From: Lama guanicoe
Taxonomy: Eukaryota
NCBI GenBank assembly: GCA_013239625.1
Contig: MU054049.1
Coordinates: 943,015 to 1,007,014, forward strand
Direction: 5' to 3'
DNA length: 64,000 nt
Shown: piece after piece, positions 25,954-38,359 of the stretch
Numbering within the stretch: the first letter of the stretch is position 1
How the letters are laid out: the number at the start of each line of letters is the position of its first letter
Translations under genes and position numbers: made by a program
Notes under the pieces: generated by a model
The model's database searches: none
Told to the model about the DNA's origin: nothing
Seen by the model: the letters and a program-made list of their open reading frames with translations, nothing else

Positions 25954-26354
25954 GTATGTCCGGCTTTCATGTACTTGAAATACACTGTACTAGTTTCCCA
26001 GTGCCTAGGGTGAATTACAGCATTGACTACAAAATTGTAGTCCCATCAGCGCTCACACTCAGCTGTGGAAAATGTCTGGGCATGGACACCCTGTCTTCTC
26101 AGGGATAGCATCCCCAGCTGCCCAGCCAGGACCCTCTCCTTCCCCAAGTGTGTCTCCCTTCTGGACAGCCCTCCCCGCCAGTCTCCAGAGCAGAATCCTT
26201 TCTTAGGGCCATGGTGCCAGCATCAGCCACTTTCTGTCCTTGGGGCCTCAGGGTCTAGGAGGGAGCGAGGCCCCTGCAGAAGGACGGAGGGGGAGACGTC
26301 ACAGCCAGAGGCTGGCTTGCGGTTCCATGATCTGAGACACTTTCCTGTTTCCAG

Positions 26355-26431
26355 CTGTTTGTTTATTCCGACCCTGTCCACGGTGATGGGAACCAGCACC
26401 GAGTACTCGATCTCCGGAGGAATTGGGACAG
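26355..26431 (+). CDS. WDFY4: WDFY4 exon 5/19 (CLFIPTLSTVMGTSTEYSISGGIGT)
   Basis: Acceptor cctgtttccag, donor G|gtaggt. 77 nt, phase 2->1. Confidence 0.95.
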
Positions 26432-27487
26432 GTAGGTGCTTCCCTGGGGGTGGAGCTTGCTGAGGTCCCCTTCTCTTGTCCTGGGAGTAAGTCCTTGGGG
26501 AGTCTTGATTTCAGATTTCCACCTGGCATTTACAGAAAGCATGCGTCTTCCTCTTGGTCCTGCATGTCTGTAGATGAGTCATCCTTCCAGTTGGTTGTGC
26601 CTCTCTTGGGGCAGGGGTGTCCGGTTCACTGTGTGTCCCAAGGGCCCAGCCCACAGCTCAGTGTTGACGGACTTGGTAGGTGACTTGGTGGCTGAGCCTG
26701 GCTGAGTTTGATGCTTTTTGCCGGTGACTAACAGAGGCTGAAAGGGACACCTTGCCCCACCTTATGGCTCTCTCTGGAGAGGATTATGAGTTCTGTGTTG
26801 ATGGTCATCCGGGAACAAGCCTGTCCTTGACTCGTGTGGGGATCCATTGGGCCTCGGCGTGCTTTGTGCAACCCTCTGCTGAAACCAGGCACCCTCTATT
26901 AGGAGAGCCAGGCTCTGGGTTTCTATGGGGGGTGGAGGGGGTTGCTGAGGAGCCATTGCATTTATGGCCCATCGACGCAGGCTTCCGAGTCTGATTCCAC
27001 CCATTCGGTGGGGTCAGTGGGCCTTGCCTGGACTGCCAACCTTATTCCGAGGTGGGAGGGCTTGGGTTTCCCTAGATTGGAGCATCCTGTGCAAAGTTCA
27101 GCCGAGCTAGGCCGGTGTTCCCCTGCAACATAGCGCACTGCCTGGCCTTAGATCAGCTGACCAGTGGGCCAAGTGGTGACAAACCTCAGGGCCGTGCCCC
27201 CTCGCCCCTCCCTTGGCAAAGCCGCATGGAAACACTGGTGGAACAGAACTGGGGACAGGCTTCGAGGATCTTGGCTCAAGTCCTGGCAGGAATATGACTT
27301 CTACAAGTGTGAGAAGGGAGGCGAGAGCACCCTTCTGTGTGGGGGCATCGTAAGTGGGCATAGGTCAGGCAGGCGTGGTGCTGGCGCACAGTAGGGCCAC
27401 CCCCGGGCTGAGTCAGAGGCACTGGGAGTCTAGACAGGCTTCCAAAGCAGGACAGAGCCTAAGGGCGTGCTTGTGTTCTGACCCCAG

Positions 27488-27709
27488 GCGCTGCCAGGTC
27501 CTTCCCTCCACCCGGGGGCCTGACCTTCTCCTGCTGGTTCCTGATCAGCAGGCATGGTGCCGTCTCGGAGGGCCACCCCCTGCGCTTCCTGACCCTGGTG
27601 CGCCACCTGGCGCGGACTGAGCAGCCCTTCGTCTGCTTCTCCATCAGCCTCTGCCCGGATGACCTCTCCCTGGTTGTGTCTACAGAAGAGAAAGAGTTTC
27701 AGCCCTTGG
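27488..27709 (+). CDS. WDFY4: WDFY4 exon 6/19, start of ConA/LamG-like domain (GAARSFPPPGGLTFSCWFLISRHG...EEKEFQPL)
   Basis: Acceptor ttctgaccccag, donor G|gtaagg. 222 nt, phase 1->1. FPPPGGLTFSCWF motif of BEACH-protein ConA-like domains. Confidence 0.96.
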
Positions 27710-28089
27710 GTAAGGTGTCAGAGGCCAGTGCCGCTTGGCCCACACTTGGGGGAAATGCGGCTGAGTCAGCAGCTCTTGACATACAAGCCCAGGGGCCCAC
27801 CCTCCCTCTGTAGTGCTGCTGGCTCGTCCTGGCCCTGCCCTTTAGAGCTCAGCCTGGCTTTCCAAGCTCACCTGCCTTCGATGGCCCGAACCGGCCTGCG
27901 ATGGCCAAGGCCAGTGTGTTATGGCTGCCCCTGCTCTGGTGCACCAGAGAGGGTCCCTGTTGCTGAGTGAGACACCAGAAGGTCCAGAGACTGGCTTGGC
28001 ATCCTTCACACACGGCACGGCTGCCTAGGCCCCCTGCCTCCCGGGACTTTGCTGGCTAACGGGCAGTACTATAGAGACTGTCTAGTGAG

Positions 28090-28300
28090 CATAATCCCAG
28101 CAGCCTGACGCCTGGGTTTGAACCCTGGCATTGTGATCTGAGGCAAGTTATCTAACCTCTCTGTGCCTCAGGAGGGATAATATAGGAATCAGGATAGCGC
28201 CTAGCTCACTGGGCTGTCATGAAAATGGAATGAGCTAATATTTGTTACAGTCCTCAGGACAGTGTCTGGCACAAGGCAGGAGCTCAAGCAATGATCACTG
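28090..28300 (+). mobile_element. MIR
   Basis: cctgggtttgaaccctggc...ggcaagttatctaacctctctgtgcctcag. Confidence 0.8.
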
Positions 28301-28420
28301 CTGTTGTCAGTGTTTTACAAGGGGGGGCTCAGCCCTGGGTCCACAGGTGCAAGGCCCGTTCTGCCGGGTGGCCGCAGTGGGATGCCGCGGGTGAGGTCTG
28401 CCGTCTGTGTTCTCTTCCAG

Positions 28421-28599
28421 ATGTCATGGAACCCGAGGATGACTCCGAGCCTTCTGCGGGCTGCCAGCTTCGGGTCAGATGTGGCCAGCTGCTGGCTTGT
28501 GGTCAGTGGCACCACCTGACTGTGGTTGTCACCAAGGAGATGAAAAGGAACTGTGTGGTTTCCACCTACCTAGACGGACAGGTCATTGGCTCAGCCAAG
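28421..28599 (+). CDS. WDFY4: WDFY4 exon 7/19 (DVMEPEDDSEP...GQWHHLTVVV...STYLDGQVIGSAK)
   Basis: Acceptor tctcttccag, donor AAG|gtgaga. 179 nt, phase 1->0. WHHL..V and YLDG are LamG-like signatures. Confidence 0.96.
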
Positions 28600-28740
28600 G
28601 TGAGATGGTTCTCCCATGCCTCCTGGCCACGCCACCCCGTAGTGGCCTCAGTTCAGTTCTTTGCTTTCTTTTGGTGGCGGGTTTGGTATCTTATGAAAGC
28701 CCCTTGCTGTCCAGAACACTTGGCTGAACTCAGGCTTTAA

Positions 28741-28940
28741 AATCAAAATTGTAGAATAGATAAACAAGATTATACTGTATAGCACAGGGAAATACACACA
28801 AAATCTTATGGTAGCTCATAGAGAAAAAAATGTGACAATGAGTGTGTGTATGTCCATGTATGACTGAAAAATTGTGCTGAACACTGGAATTTGACACAAC
28901 ATTGTCAAATGATTATAAATCAATAAAAAATGTTAAAAAA
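28741..28940 (+). mobile_element. Short young L1 3' stub (cetartiodactyl-type)
   Basis: atagataaacaag-ttatactgtatagcacaggga...gacacaacattgt...caataaaaaa. Confidence 0.85.
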
Positions 28941-29064
28941 GAGACATCTTTAGAAACTAGAACGAAGTCACAGAACCAGAGCAGAGAGTAAAACATGGAA
29001 ATAAGAGTAGCCATGACAATTATATTGTAAGAATAGTCATAAGAGAGTATAAATCTCCAGACTG

Positions 29065-29670
29065 AACAAAGCAAAGCTTCTCACATTTTAAGGTGCGAAT
29101 TCCCCAGGGAGGTCCAAGCAGGGCCCTGGGTCCTGTTTTTCTAAGAGGCTCCTGGGCGAGACTAATGTAGCTGGTCTGCGCACTACACTTAGGAGCAAGA
29201 CACCAGATCTTGCAAAGACACCAACACTTCTTGCCAGGTTTAGAGCAGGAGTGATGAGGAAAGGATGGTCCCCTGCCTAGAGAAGGTAATGGAGTGTGAA
29301 CACACATAGCTGGAGGAAGCATTTCGCCACCGTCATTTGAGGTCCTGGGGCATAAGGGGGAGGAAGCTGGGAGCTGAGGACCTGGCAGGCATGGTCCAGC
29401 AGCCACCATCAAAAGTCCCCGAGGAAGCCAGAGACAGGAGGACCCAGAAGACCACAGAGGGCAGGTGCAGCCAGATTTTCACCTGGGTTCCAGAGACAGC
29501 ATCTCAACCTAGGCTGCATTCTAAACTCATCTGGAAAGCCTTCTTAAAGTTCTCTTGCACAAGCTGCACCCCAGCTCAAATAAAGCAAAATCTCTATGGG
29601 TGGGATAATTTGGTAGTTTTTTCCAAGTTTCCTGGGTGGTTTCACTATGCAGCCAGAAAGGAGACCCTTA
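29065..29670. mobile_element. Two MER5-like fossils (about 29065-29200 and 29500-29670)
   Basis: MER5-type phrases gcttctcacatttt...gctggtctgcgcactacactt and ctcaacctaggctgcatt...tatgcagccag. Confidence 0.55.
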
Positions 29671-29675
29671 GATTA

Positions 29676-29903
29676 ATAGGGTTTCTCATGTCAGTAGTTT
29701 GACATTTGGGGCCCAATAATTCTTTGTTGTGGGGACCTCTTCTATATGTATCAGGACATTTAGTAGCATCTGTGCTCCCCAGATGCCATAGCGTCTCCTT
29801 CTGCCCAGTTGTGACCACCAAAAGTGTTTCCAGACATTTCCAAATGTCCCTGGGTGGGTAGTGGGGGGAGGCGGGCAAAATCACCCCAGGTTGAGAATCA
29901 TTA
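29676..29903 (+). mobile_element. MER20 (hAT-Charlie)
   Basis: tgacatttggggcccaataattctttgttgtgggg...agttgtgaccaccaaaagtgtttccagacatttccaaatgtccctgg...ggttgagaatcatt. Confidence 0.9.
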
Positions 29904-30134
29904 GGTTAGAACAACCTAAATTCTGTGGAACACCTGAAGATGAATTTGATGCTATCTTTTGGTAAAATTGTCTTACCAAAAAAAAGCAGTGGTTATCAGA
30001 GTGAGTCTTAGGAGCATAAAAAAAGGATCCTCCAAACAATTTTTTTTCCACAACCATTAACAATTCCTTCCTTCCCTCATTAAATATTTACTGGACACCT
30101 ACTAAGTGTTAGATATTGTTTTAGGAGTTAGGAA

Positions 30135-30560
30135 TTGTCCATGCCCACGAGTGAAACACCTAGGAGCGTGCATATAGTACAAAGTGAAAGTTACACTTAT
30201 TAAGCTTGCAGGTGCAAGAATCTCCTTACCCGATGGTTTTTGAGACGCTTCAAAGAAGCGGAGGTCGCTCTATTCTGAATTGGGTGCTGTCAGGAGGAGA
30301 GGCAATTAGACGTCTGTATTACCTCAGAACTTTTATCCAGGAGGTGGGAGGAGTAGGGCAGGGCTTGAGCTGTTATTGGAGAAGGAGCGGTGGTCACTCA
30401 ATATGAGCCAGGATGGAAAGTGTGGTCACTTGTGTGGTTGCCCAGTGTCTTTGTTTTTATCTGCGTAATTACAAAGCTGGCTAGTTTTTGTCTCTTTCAC
30501 AGAATATGTTACTATTCTGTCTAGGCTGGTATCCTGTGAAATTGTTCATGTACCTTGAGG
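30135..30560 (-). mobile_element. Degenerate ERVL-class LTR (subfamily uncertain)
   Basis: LTR-like composition interrupting an L2 end; not assignable by eye. Confidence 0.4.
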
Positions 30561-31699
30561 CTAAGAGGTTTGTCCTATTGATTTTTGGACCTTTCTTGCG
30601 CCTCGCCCAGGGGCTGGCACACAGAGAGCGTGCAATAAACACCTGATGAATCGCCTTGAATTTATAGCCACAAGGAGTAACATGGCCTGGCTGGGAGTGT
30701 TGTTCAGTGAATTGGTATATGGATGAACATTCAACTTCATGGGGCCAGCTAAGCCAGAGTCAGCCAGCAGGGAGGTTGGAAGTGGTGTGATGCCTTGAGG
30801 TGTGCCCAAAGATGCCCAAAGATGCCATAGCAGATGGCCCAGGGCCAAGTCTGACAGAGTTGACTTTCCAAGATGATTTCACCAAGTCGGGTCAGGCTCA
30901 GCATGTGAAATTTAAATGATATAAACGTAAAGGGCTGTGTTTTGATGCAGATGCCTGCTGGGCAAGAACAAGCTGGGAGATCTTTGGTTGGGAGTGATCC
31001 CGCTGAATAGCTCTCCTCAAATGTTAGAGCCTTGATTTTACTTCCAAGGGAAGATAAGTTAAATTGAGAAAGGTAGGGAGTATTTTAACAGCTTACATTG
31101 AGCAAAACAGTTTAGGGGCATTTTGAGACGTCTTGCGTTTAGAAGTCAGTCTGAATGGTGCAGAGAGTGTGTGCGGTAGGAGTCTGGGGAGAAAGGGGCA
31201 AGGTGGGTCGAAGGGGAGGGACAGGGTGTTATGTGGGAGAAAAAGTCCCTGCCTGAGAAGACAGGAGAGGGGAGCGAGCACAGCAGACCTCACTCTACGC
31301 AGACTCGGTGGCTGAAAACTTGGTTTGTTTTTGTTTGAAAATCTTATTTCATTGGTAGGGAGAAAAAGAATATTTTTGAAATAATACGACCTCATTTAAA
31401 AAAATGTATTTGTATACATATTCATGTACGTAGTAATTTTAGAGTTGTTATAAAAATAATGTAAACACATTTTGAAATAACTGAAAGATAGAGAAAAGAG
31501 GAAAGATTACTTACTTTCCTTCTATCTTACCGTCATTTATGCTTCCTTTCAGCTTTTTTTTCCTTTGAAAAAGGAGCTGTGACTTTATAGAAAAATTTGT
31601 ATACTATGTAATTAACACTGTCATCTAAAAAAGTTTTATCTACATGGGCTTTGAAACTATTATTTTTTACTTTGTGATGATCTGTTAGCTATTTCATTG

Positions 31700-34215
31700 A
31701 AATTTTTATTGAGAAAATTGTAGGCTAACAGTTGTTAAGAAAGAGAGAAATCTTGTGTACCTTTTATCCAGTTTCTCTCCATGGCAACATCTGGCAAAAC
31801 TACAGAATAATATCACAACCAAGATACTGACATTGATACAGTTTATTCAGATTTCCCCAGTTTTACTTGTGCTCAGGTGTATGTGTTTAGTTCAATACAA
31901 TTTTATCACATGCGTGTGTTCCTGCATCTACAACCACCACCAAAATACAGAACACTTCCATCACCACAAAGGTCTCTCGTGTTGCACTTTTATAACTACA
32001 GCCATCTCCCATGCACACCCCCTCCCCATCCCTGTCCCTAAACTCAGCAACCAGTAATCTAAAATGCTGTCACTTCAAAGGTGTTATATATCTATGGAAT
32101 CATATAGTATATGATATTTTAGGATTAGACTTTTCATTCAGCATAATTCTCTGGAACTTCATGCAAGTTGCTGCACGTGTCAATAGTTCGTTCCTTTTTA
32201 TCGCTGTATAGTATTCCATATCTGGATATACAACCATTCACCCATGGAAGGCCATCTCAGGTGTTCCCAGTTTGGGGCTATTATGAATAAAGCTGCTATA
32301 AATGTTTGTGTACAAGTTTTTGTGTGAACTTGAGTCTTCATTTCTCTGTAATAAATGCCTAAGAGCCCGATCGCTGGGTCCCATGGTAAGGGCATGTTTG
32401 GTTTTACAAGAAGCTGCCCAACTACTTTTCCAGAGTGACTTCCATTTTACGTTCCCACCGGCAATGGACGAGTGGTCCAGCTTCTATGCATTTGGTGATG
32501 TCATTATTTTAATTCAGCCATTCTGATGGGCACGAAGTACTATCTCTTGTTTTTAATTTGCATTTTCCTTAATAGCTGATGAGATTGAACATCCTCTCAT
32601 GTGCTGCTTTGCAACCTGTGTATCTGCTTCCATGATGTCTGTGAACGTCTTCTGCTCATTTTCTAATTGGATTGTTTTTTACTGTTGAGTTTTAAGAATT
32701 TATCTGTACATTTTAGATACTAGTCCTTTGTCAGCTGTGTGATTTGCAAATAATTTCTCCTCATCTATAGTTTGCTTTATCTCTCTTTCACATGGGATTT
32801 TGCAAAGCAATGGTTTTATTTTGATAAAATATAATTCATCTTTTTTTTTTTTTTGTCTTATGGCTGATGCTTTTGGTGTCAAGTCTAAGAACTCTCTCTG
32901 CCTGGTCCTCGCTCCTGAGGATTTCCTTCTATGCCTTTTTTTTTTTCCTTTAAGTTTTTCAGTTTTACATTTTACACTTGAGTTTGTGATCAGTTATGAG
33001 TTAGTTTTTGTGTGAGGGATGGGGTTTAGGTTGAAGTTCATTTCTTTGCTTATGCATGTCCAGTTGCTCCAGGACCATTCCTTGAAGAGGCCATCCTTCC
33101 TTCATTGAATTACTTTTGAACCTTTGTCAAAAATCAGTTGAGTATATTTGTATGCACTTATTTCTAGATTTTCTACTCTATTCCAATGATCTGTGTGACT
33201 ATCTCCCTACAGATAACCACGCTCTCTTATTTATTATAGCTATGCAGTAATCCTTAATATTGACTTAAGTGTAGTGCCTGCCACTTAAGTCCTATTTTTC
33301 GAAAAAGAAGAGTCAAGCTATTTGTTAAGCTATTTGTTTAAACTAATTTAGAACTTCTGCCTTCCCATTTAAATTTTAGAATTGGCTTGTCTGTCTATAA
33401 AAAGCCTTCTGAGATATGAGAGGAATTACATTCAGCAGATAGATCATTTTGGGGAGAAATGACATCTTTACCCTGTTGAGTCTTTCTATCCAGGAATGTG
33501 CTGTGTCTCTCCATTTATATAGGTGTTCTTTGATTTCTTTCATCATCCTTTTGGAATTTTCAGTATACAGAGCTTACACATCTTTTATTAAGTATTTCAT
33601 TTTCTCTGAGCAGTTATAAATAGCATTGTTTTTGACTTTAGTTTCTCCACGTTCTTTGTTAGTCTGTAGAATGCAATTGATTTTTGTGTCTGTGCGTTTT
33701 TTACGAAGTTAATGTGACTGTAATACCAAAACTTGGTAAAAAATAATGCAGAAAACATTAAATCATTTCTCGTAGTATCATAGCTAGAGATACTCTAAAT
33801 GTTAGCAAATCATCTGTAATAAATGTGTCTGATTAGGGTCCATCAAGGGATGTTATCAGTGTTGGGAAATCATTTATTTATTAATTTTTCCTATTTTTTT
33901 AATTGAAGTATAGTCAGTTACAGTGTGTCAATTTCTGATGTACAGCACTATGTCCCAGTCATGCATATACATACATATATTCATTTTCATATTTTTTTGT
34001 TAAAGGTTATTACAAGATATTGAACATAGTTCCCTGTGCTATACAGCAGAAACTTGATTTTTGTATGTTGATATGTATCCTTGCTGAACTCACTTATTAG
34101 TTCTGGGAGGTTTTGTTTTGTTTTGTTTTGTTTTTTGGTAGGCACCTTGGAATTTTCTGCATAGACATGCCATCTGCAAATAGAGACAGTTTCATTTCTT
34201 CCTTTCCAGTGTAAT
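31700..34215 (-). mobile_element. L1MB-like antisense L1, interrupted at 33690-34053 by a younger insertion
   Basis: ORF2 remnants (LPWDPAIGLLGIY...TFIAALFIIAPNW; MTPKA...ELYFIKIK). Host sequence resumes after the ttgatttttgt duplication. Confidence 0.9.
33886..34053 (-). mobile_element. Short young L1 3' stub
   Basis: ttttttaattgaagtatagtcagttacagtgtgtcaatttctgatgtacagc...tccctgtgctatacagc. Confidence 0.85.
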
Positions 34216-34572
34216 TATTTTTAGTACATAAAACTTAACTTATGTGCCAATATTGGACATGCAAATTCTTAGTGAAATGACTGGGGAGAAAAAAAGATGA
34301 ACCTTTTAGTGGTTCTTCACATTTCTTATCAAATTTGTTTCCAAAGGCACAGGGTTGGTTTTTTTACTTCCACCAGCACTTTACAAACTGTTTTGTGTAC
34401 TGCCCCTTAGCTTCCAGAGTTATCTTTGTAATGTGTTTAGATAAAATAATTTTTTTTACTCTGAGAGAAAAATAGGGTACTTCATTTTATATTTTATGTA
34501 TTTATTTGATTAATTCTGAGGCCAAACACCTCTCATCCACCGTTCTCCCCCTCTACCCTTTTATTTTAACAG

Positions 34573-34804
34573 ATGTTGTACATTCAGGCCTTACCAGGAC
34601 CCTTCCTTTCAATGGATCCATCCTCCTTTGTGGATGTTTATGGGTACATTGCTACCCCTCGAGTTTGGAAACAGAAGTCATCATTGATATGGCGTCTGGG
34701 CCCCGCGTACCTCTTTGAAGAAGCCATCTCGGTGGAAACCCTGGAAGTTATTAACAAACTTGGCCCAAGATACTGCGGTAACTTCCAAGCTGTGCTTGAC
34801 CAAG
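34573..34804 (+). CDS. WDFY4: WDFY4 exon 8/19 (MLYIQALPGPFLSMDPS...LGPRYCGNFQAVLDQ)
   Basis: Acceptor ttattttaacag, donor G|gtatgg. 232 nt, phase 0->1. Confidence 0.96.
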
Positions 34805-35853
34805 GTATGGGGTGTTTTGATTTGTAATGATCTTGCTGGTATTATTTTTTAAATGGACTTCCGGTTATTTATAGCATATTTATAAAGAATAAATTAAGCA
34901 CAGGCCAGTCATTAGAGGAGATCTCTGCTACTGGATCATTATATATTTACGACCCAACAGCAGATGTCACAGAAAAGGAAGTGACAGTCTCCTTTAGATT
35001 TCAATTCCAAAGCACATAATGGAGGAAAGAGGGTGGGTAATGCCATGAGCAAAGAAAGAGGGAAGAGAATGAGGTAAATAAGTTACATTCCTTTTAATGA
35101 AGAAGCTTTTTAACTAAAGTATACTGTTGTCTTCAATTATTAAACAGGCAGACAAAACATCCACATTTTCACTATTGATTGTTGGCTGTTCAAGCAGGGA
35201 GCGTTGCTCTCTGTGCTCTGTCAAGTCCAGGGGGTCAGCTCCCATGTGGGAAGGATGATAAATGAATCTATGTTCGGAAGCCTTCATGCTCAGTGAAAGG
35301 CGGTTGAGCACCGAGGAGTGTTTCTATCTCCAGGTCTCATGTCTTCTTTGAACTTCGTTTCCTCTGGCAAATGGTGCTGGTGAGAACTACATGAGGAAGT
35401 CCAGTCCAGAGCCAAAGTGTCACCAACTCCATCTTCTCACCATACTTTTCCAGTAGCACACGTGGCTCTTCTTGACTCAGGGACCAGGGCACTAACTCCA
35501 GGAGAGGTGTCTACCTGGGACATGCAGCTCACTGAAAACCCTAGGGCTTTCCGTCCAGCATTTTGGTTTTGGGAGCGAGATTACATTCTTGACAGATGTC
35601 TCAAGCTTTAACAGCTTCACATGCGGCACGCCTCTATTTTATAGTAGGGCTAATCTTGTGAGATTTCTCTACAGTTTTCTATCACTGTCAGAAATCATAG
35701 GTATACGAACAAACCATGTAACAACATGTGACAATGTACAAACATGCTCTCAGTAATTATGTTGCCATGTAGCTGTAGATATTAACTTTTCGGAGGGTTT
35801 GTTTCCATCTCAGGAAAGGGAGAGTAGGAATGATTGAAGACGTGTTGTTTTAG

Positions 35854-35999
35854 GAGAGGATCCTGGGATGGAAGTGATGCCCCTGGTTGCAGAGGAAAGG
35901 GTTTCCTTCAGCCTTCACATAGCCAGCTCCTCCGTCACCAGTGCTGCTGACATCAGAACCACGTACAATGAGGTGGACAGCCGCCTGATTGCTAAAGAG
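35854..35999 (+). CDS. WDFY4: WDFY4 exon 9/19 (GEDPGMEVMPLVAEERVSF...YNEVDSRLIAKE)
   Basis: Acceptor gttgttttag, donor GAG|gtacgc. 146 nt, phase 1->0. Confidence 0.95.
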
Positions 36000-37068
36000 G
36001 TACGCCTTCTGATTTCACTTGCTGCTCCTCTTTGGAATCACGGTCTCATGGTTTGCATCCATGGTTTCTGATGATTAAGTAAATACTGATTCACATTTGC
36101 ACGTGTGTAGACGTATACACGCAGGCGTGCTTCCCGCTTCATTTGAAAATATTCTGTGATTTCCTGCCCTTTGCACCCCTGCCCCACCCCCAGCCAAGAC
36201 TAAACCTTTCATTTGTAATTGCTCAAAGAAGAAAGAAAGGGCTCTTTATTCTTCTCAGTAGAACAGGAACAAATGGGATATTCAAAACACCTGGTGACAC
36301 TGGGAACACTATTAGGCTTCCCTTTTCTGGGTGCTCCTGACTCCACACCATTGCAAAATATTCCTTGAGTCACTGTGTTTATACAAAACAACAAACGTGC
36401 CAAACAGCCAGCAGACGTGTTTGTAGATGAAGATGCCATTCGATTTCCTATTTCCCAATTCCTGCATAAAGAGCTCTTTTGTTTCTTGTGATGAATTTGT
36501 GCTGATTGTTTTATATTCTCCCCACCCTCACAGACGGACGGCCACATCCCTTTACTGAGGTGGTGGGATCAGGGGTTAGGTCCTGTTAAGCACCAAAGCC
36601 GGGTTAGCAGTGTGGTACCTTCTAATGGAGGAGGCCAAGGTGCCCGTCTTCCTGGCCCTCTGAGATGAGGGATGCTGGACGCTCACAGAGCTGGATGACC
36701 CCGCACTGGGAAGGAGGCAGCCCTGGCCTTGTAGCTCTGTTCCACCTCCAAGAGTCCCCAGGTCCTGCTTGCCCTCACTGGCTCCTCACTGCGAGCATTT
36801 GTCTATACTAGTGAGTGCATGGGACACTGGCAGCATGATCATATGACCGAAGCTACTATCTTAGTATTAAGTCAGAACCTGGGAGACCAGACAGGAGAAC
36901 CTGGATTTTGGCTTGAGTCCCTCTGACACCGGTTCAGTTACTACTCATCCCCTGATTGACACTGACTGAGTGCCAGGCCTCCGGGTGCCCACCCTCCAGG
37001 AGCTCATGAACAAGACCTTCTCCTCCCCAGGACAGCTTCCTAGGACTCACTGTTGCCAATTTCTCTAG

Positions 37069-37180
37069 ATGAACATTTCGTCCCGCGACAATGCCACGCC
37101 TGTGTTCTTGCTAAGAAATTGTGCTGGTCACCTCTCCGGGTCTCTTCGAACCATCGGAGCCGTGGCTGTGGGCCAGCTAG
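37069..37180 (+). CDS. WDFY4: WDFY4 exon 10/19 (MNISSRDNATPVFLLRNCAGHLSGSLRTIGAVAVGQL)
   Basis: Acceptor atttctctag, donor G|gtatga. 112 nt, phase 0->1. Found by manual translation. Confidence 0.95.
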
Positions 37181-37780
37181 GTATGAGCATTACTGCCCTT
37201 TGGGAAGAAGGGCTTGTGGCTGTCATCACTCGTGCAACCTGAAATTGTGGAGCAGCAGGCGGGACGGGGTGGGTTAGGGAACCGAAACAGTGAGGGTGAG
37301 AGGTGGGGAGTTAGCCACACCCGAGAGTCAGCCTCCCTGCAGAGGTCAGTTCATGGAGCTGACGCGGACAGCTGGCAGTGCGCTCGCTACTAAGCAGGCT
37401 GGCGTCTGTGCACAGCGGAGCCTCGCTAGTGAGTGTAGCGGGTCCTTTGAGCAGAGGCAATGGTTGTATTTGTTGGGATGGAAACAGCAGCCAGTGACTG
37501 TTGGTTGCCTTGCAGTCAGGCAAGAGCAAAGCCACGAGCTGGTGCAAGGGTCCCACCTCAGAGGATCTGGAGGGCAGACAAGAGCTGGAAGTTGTCAGAG
37601 CAGCCAGCAGACTGAGGCTCAGAGGGCAGCTGGCTCAGCTGGCACTCTGGGTGGTGGTCTGAACCCCCCTGGGCTATTTCAGCCTTCTGGTGACCCAGAA
37701 AGGACTCAGCACAGGCTCTCTCAGTGAACCTAAAACTTTCACAGCCCCTGCACTTCCTCCCAGCCTGTCTCCTGTGCACA

Positions 37781-37794
37781 GCGCCCTCTGCTGG
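37781..37794 (-). promoter_or_regulatory. CTCF core motif CCAGCAGAGGGCGC
   Basis: Plus strand GCGCCCTCTGCTGG is a full match to CCASYAGRKGGCRS on the minus strand. Binding untested. Confidence 0.55.
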
Positions 37795-37868
37795 GAGGGG
37801 ATGATGCCGCTGACAACTCTCGCATGGGCAGTGCCACTGTACTGAAGAATGCCCTTTGTCCCACACAG

Positions 37869-38059
37869 GGGTAAGGGTGTTCCACTCCAGCCCTGCGGCC
37901 AGCAGCCTGGACTTCATTGGTGGGCCCGCCATCCTCCTGGGTCTCATTTCCTTAGCGACGGATGACCACACCATGTACGCCGCTGTGAAAGTCCTGCACT
38001 CAGTCCTGACCAGCAACGTCATGTGTGACCGCCTGATGCAGCACATCTGTGGGTACAAG
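37869..38059 (+). CDS. WDFY4: WDFY4 exon 11/19 (GVRVFHSSPAASSLDFIGGPAILLGLISLA...MQHICGYK)
   Basis: Acceptor tcccacacag, donor AAG|gtaatc. 191 nt, phase 1->0. Confidence 0.96.
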
Positions 38060-38359
38060 GTAATCCCACCCTCCCATCTGAGCCTGAAACACCCCCTGAA
38101 AGGCTGTCATCCCCGAGGAGCAGGGACGGGCTTTGCTGGCCCAAGTGGACATTCCTTCCAGTGTGACTTCTGGAGAAGGGAAACTGAAAGTCTCTGGGTC
38201 CTGAGACCAGTGTTGTCAGAGCGGAGGGCCAGGTGACAGGCAGCCAGAGTGGGGCTCTGACCAGAATGAGGATGCTCACCTGTCTGTGGCTGCCGGCACC
38301 TTTTCACTGATGAATTCAGAATCATTTGCAGTCCCTACACTTTGCATCTAGTATGTGGC

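Noticed and set aside
33315..33340. Short tandem duplication aagctatttgtt x2 (also tgcccaaaga x2 near 30803)
   Set aside because: Ordinary slippage duplications with no evident functional context.
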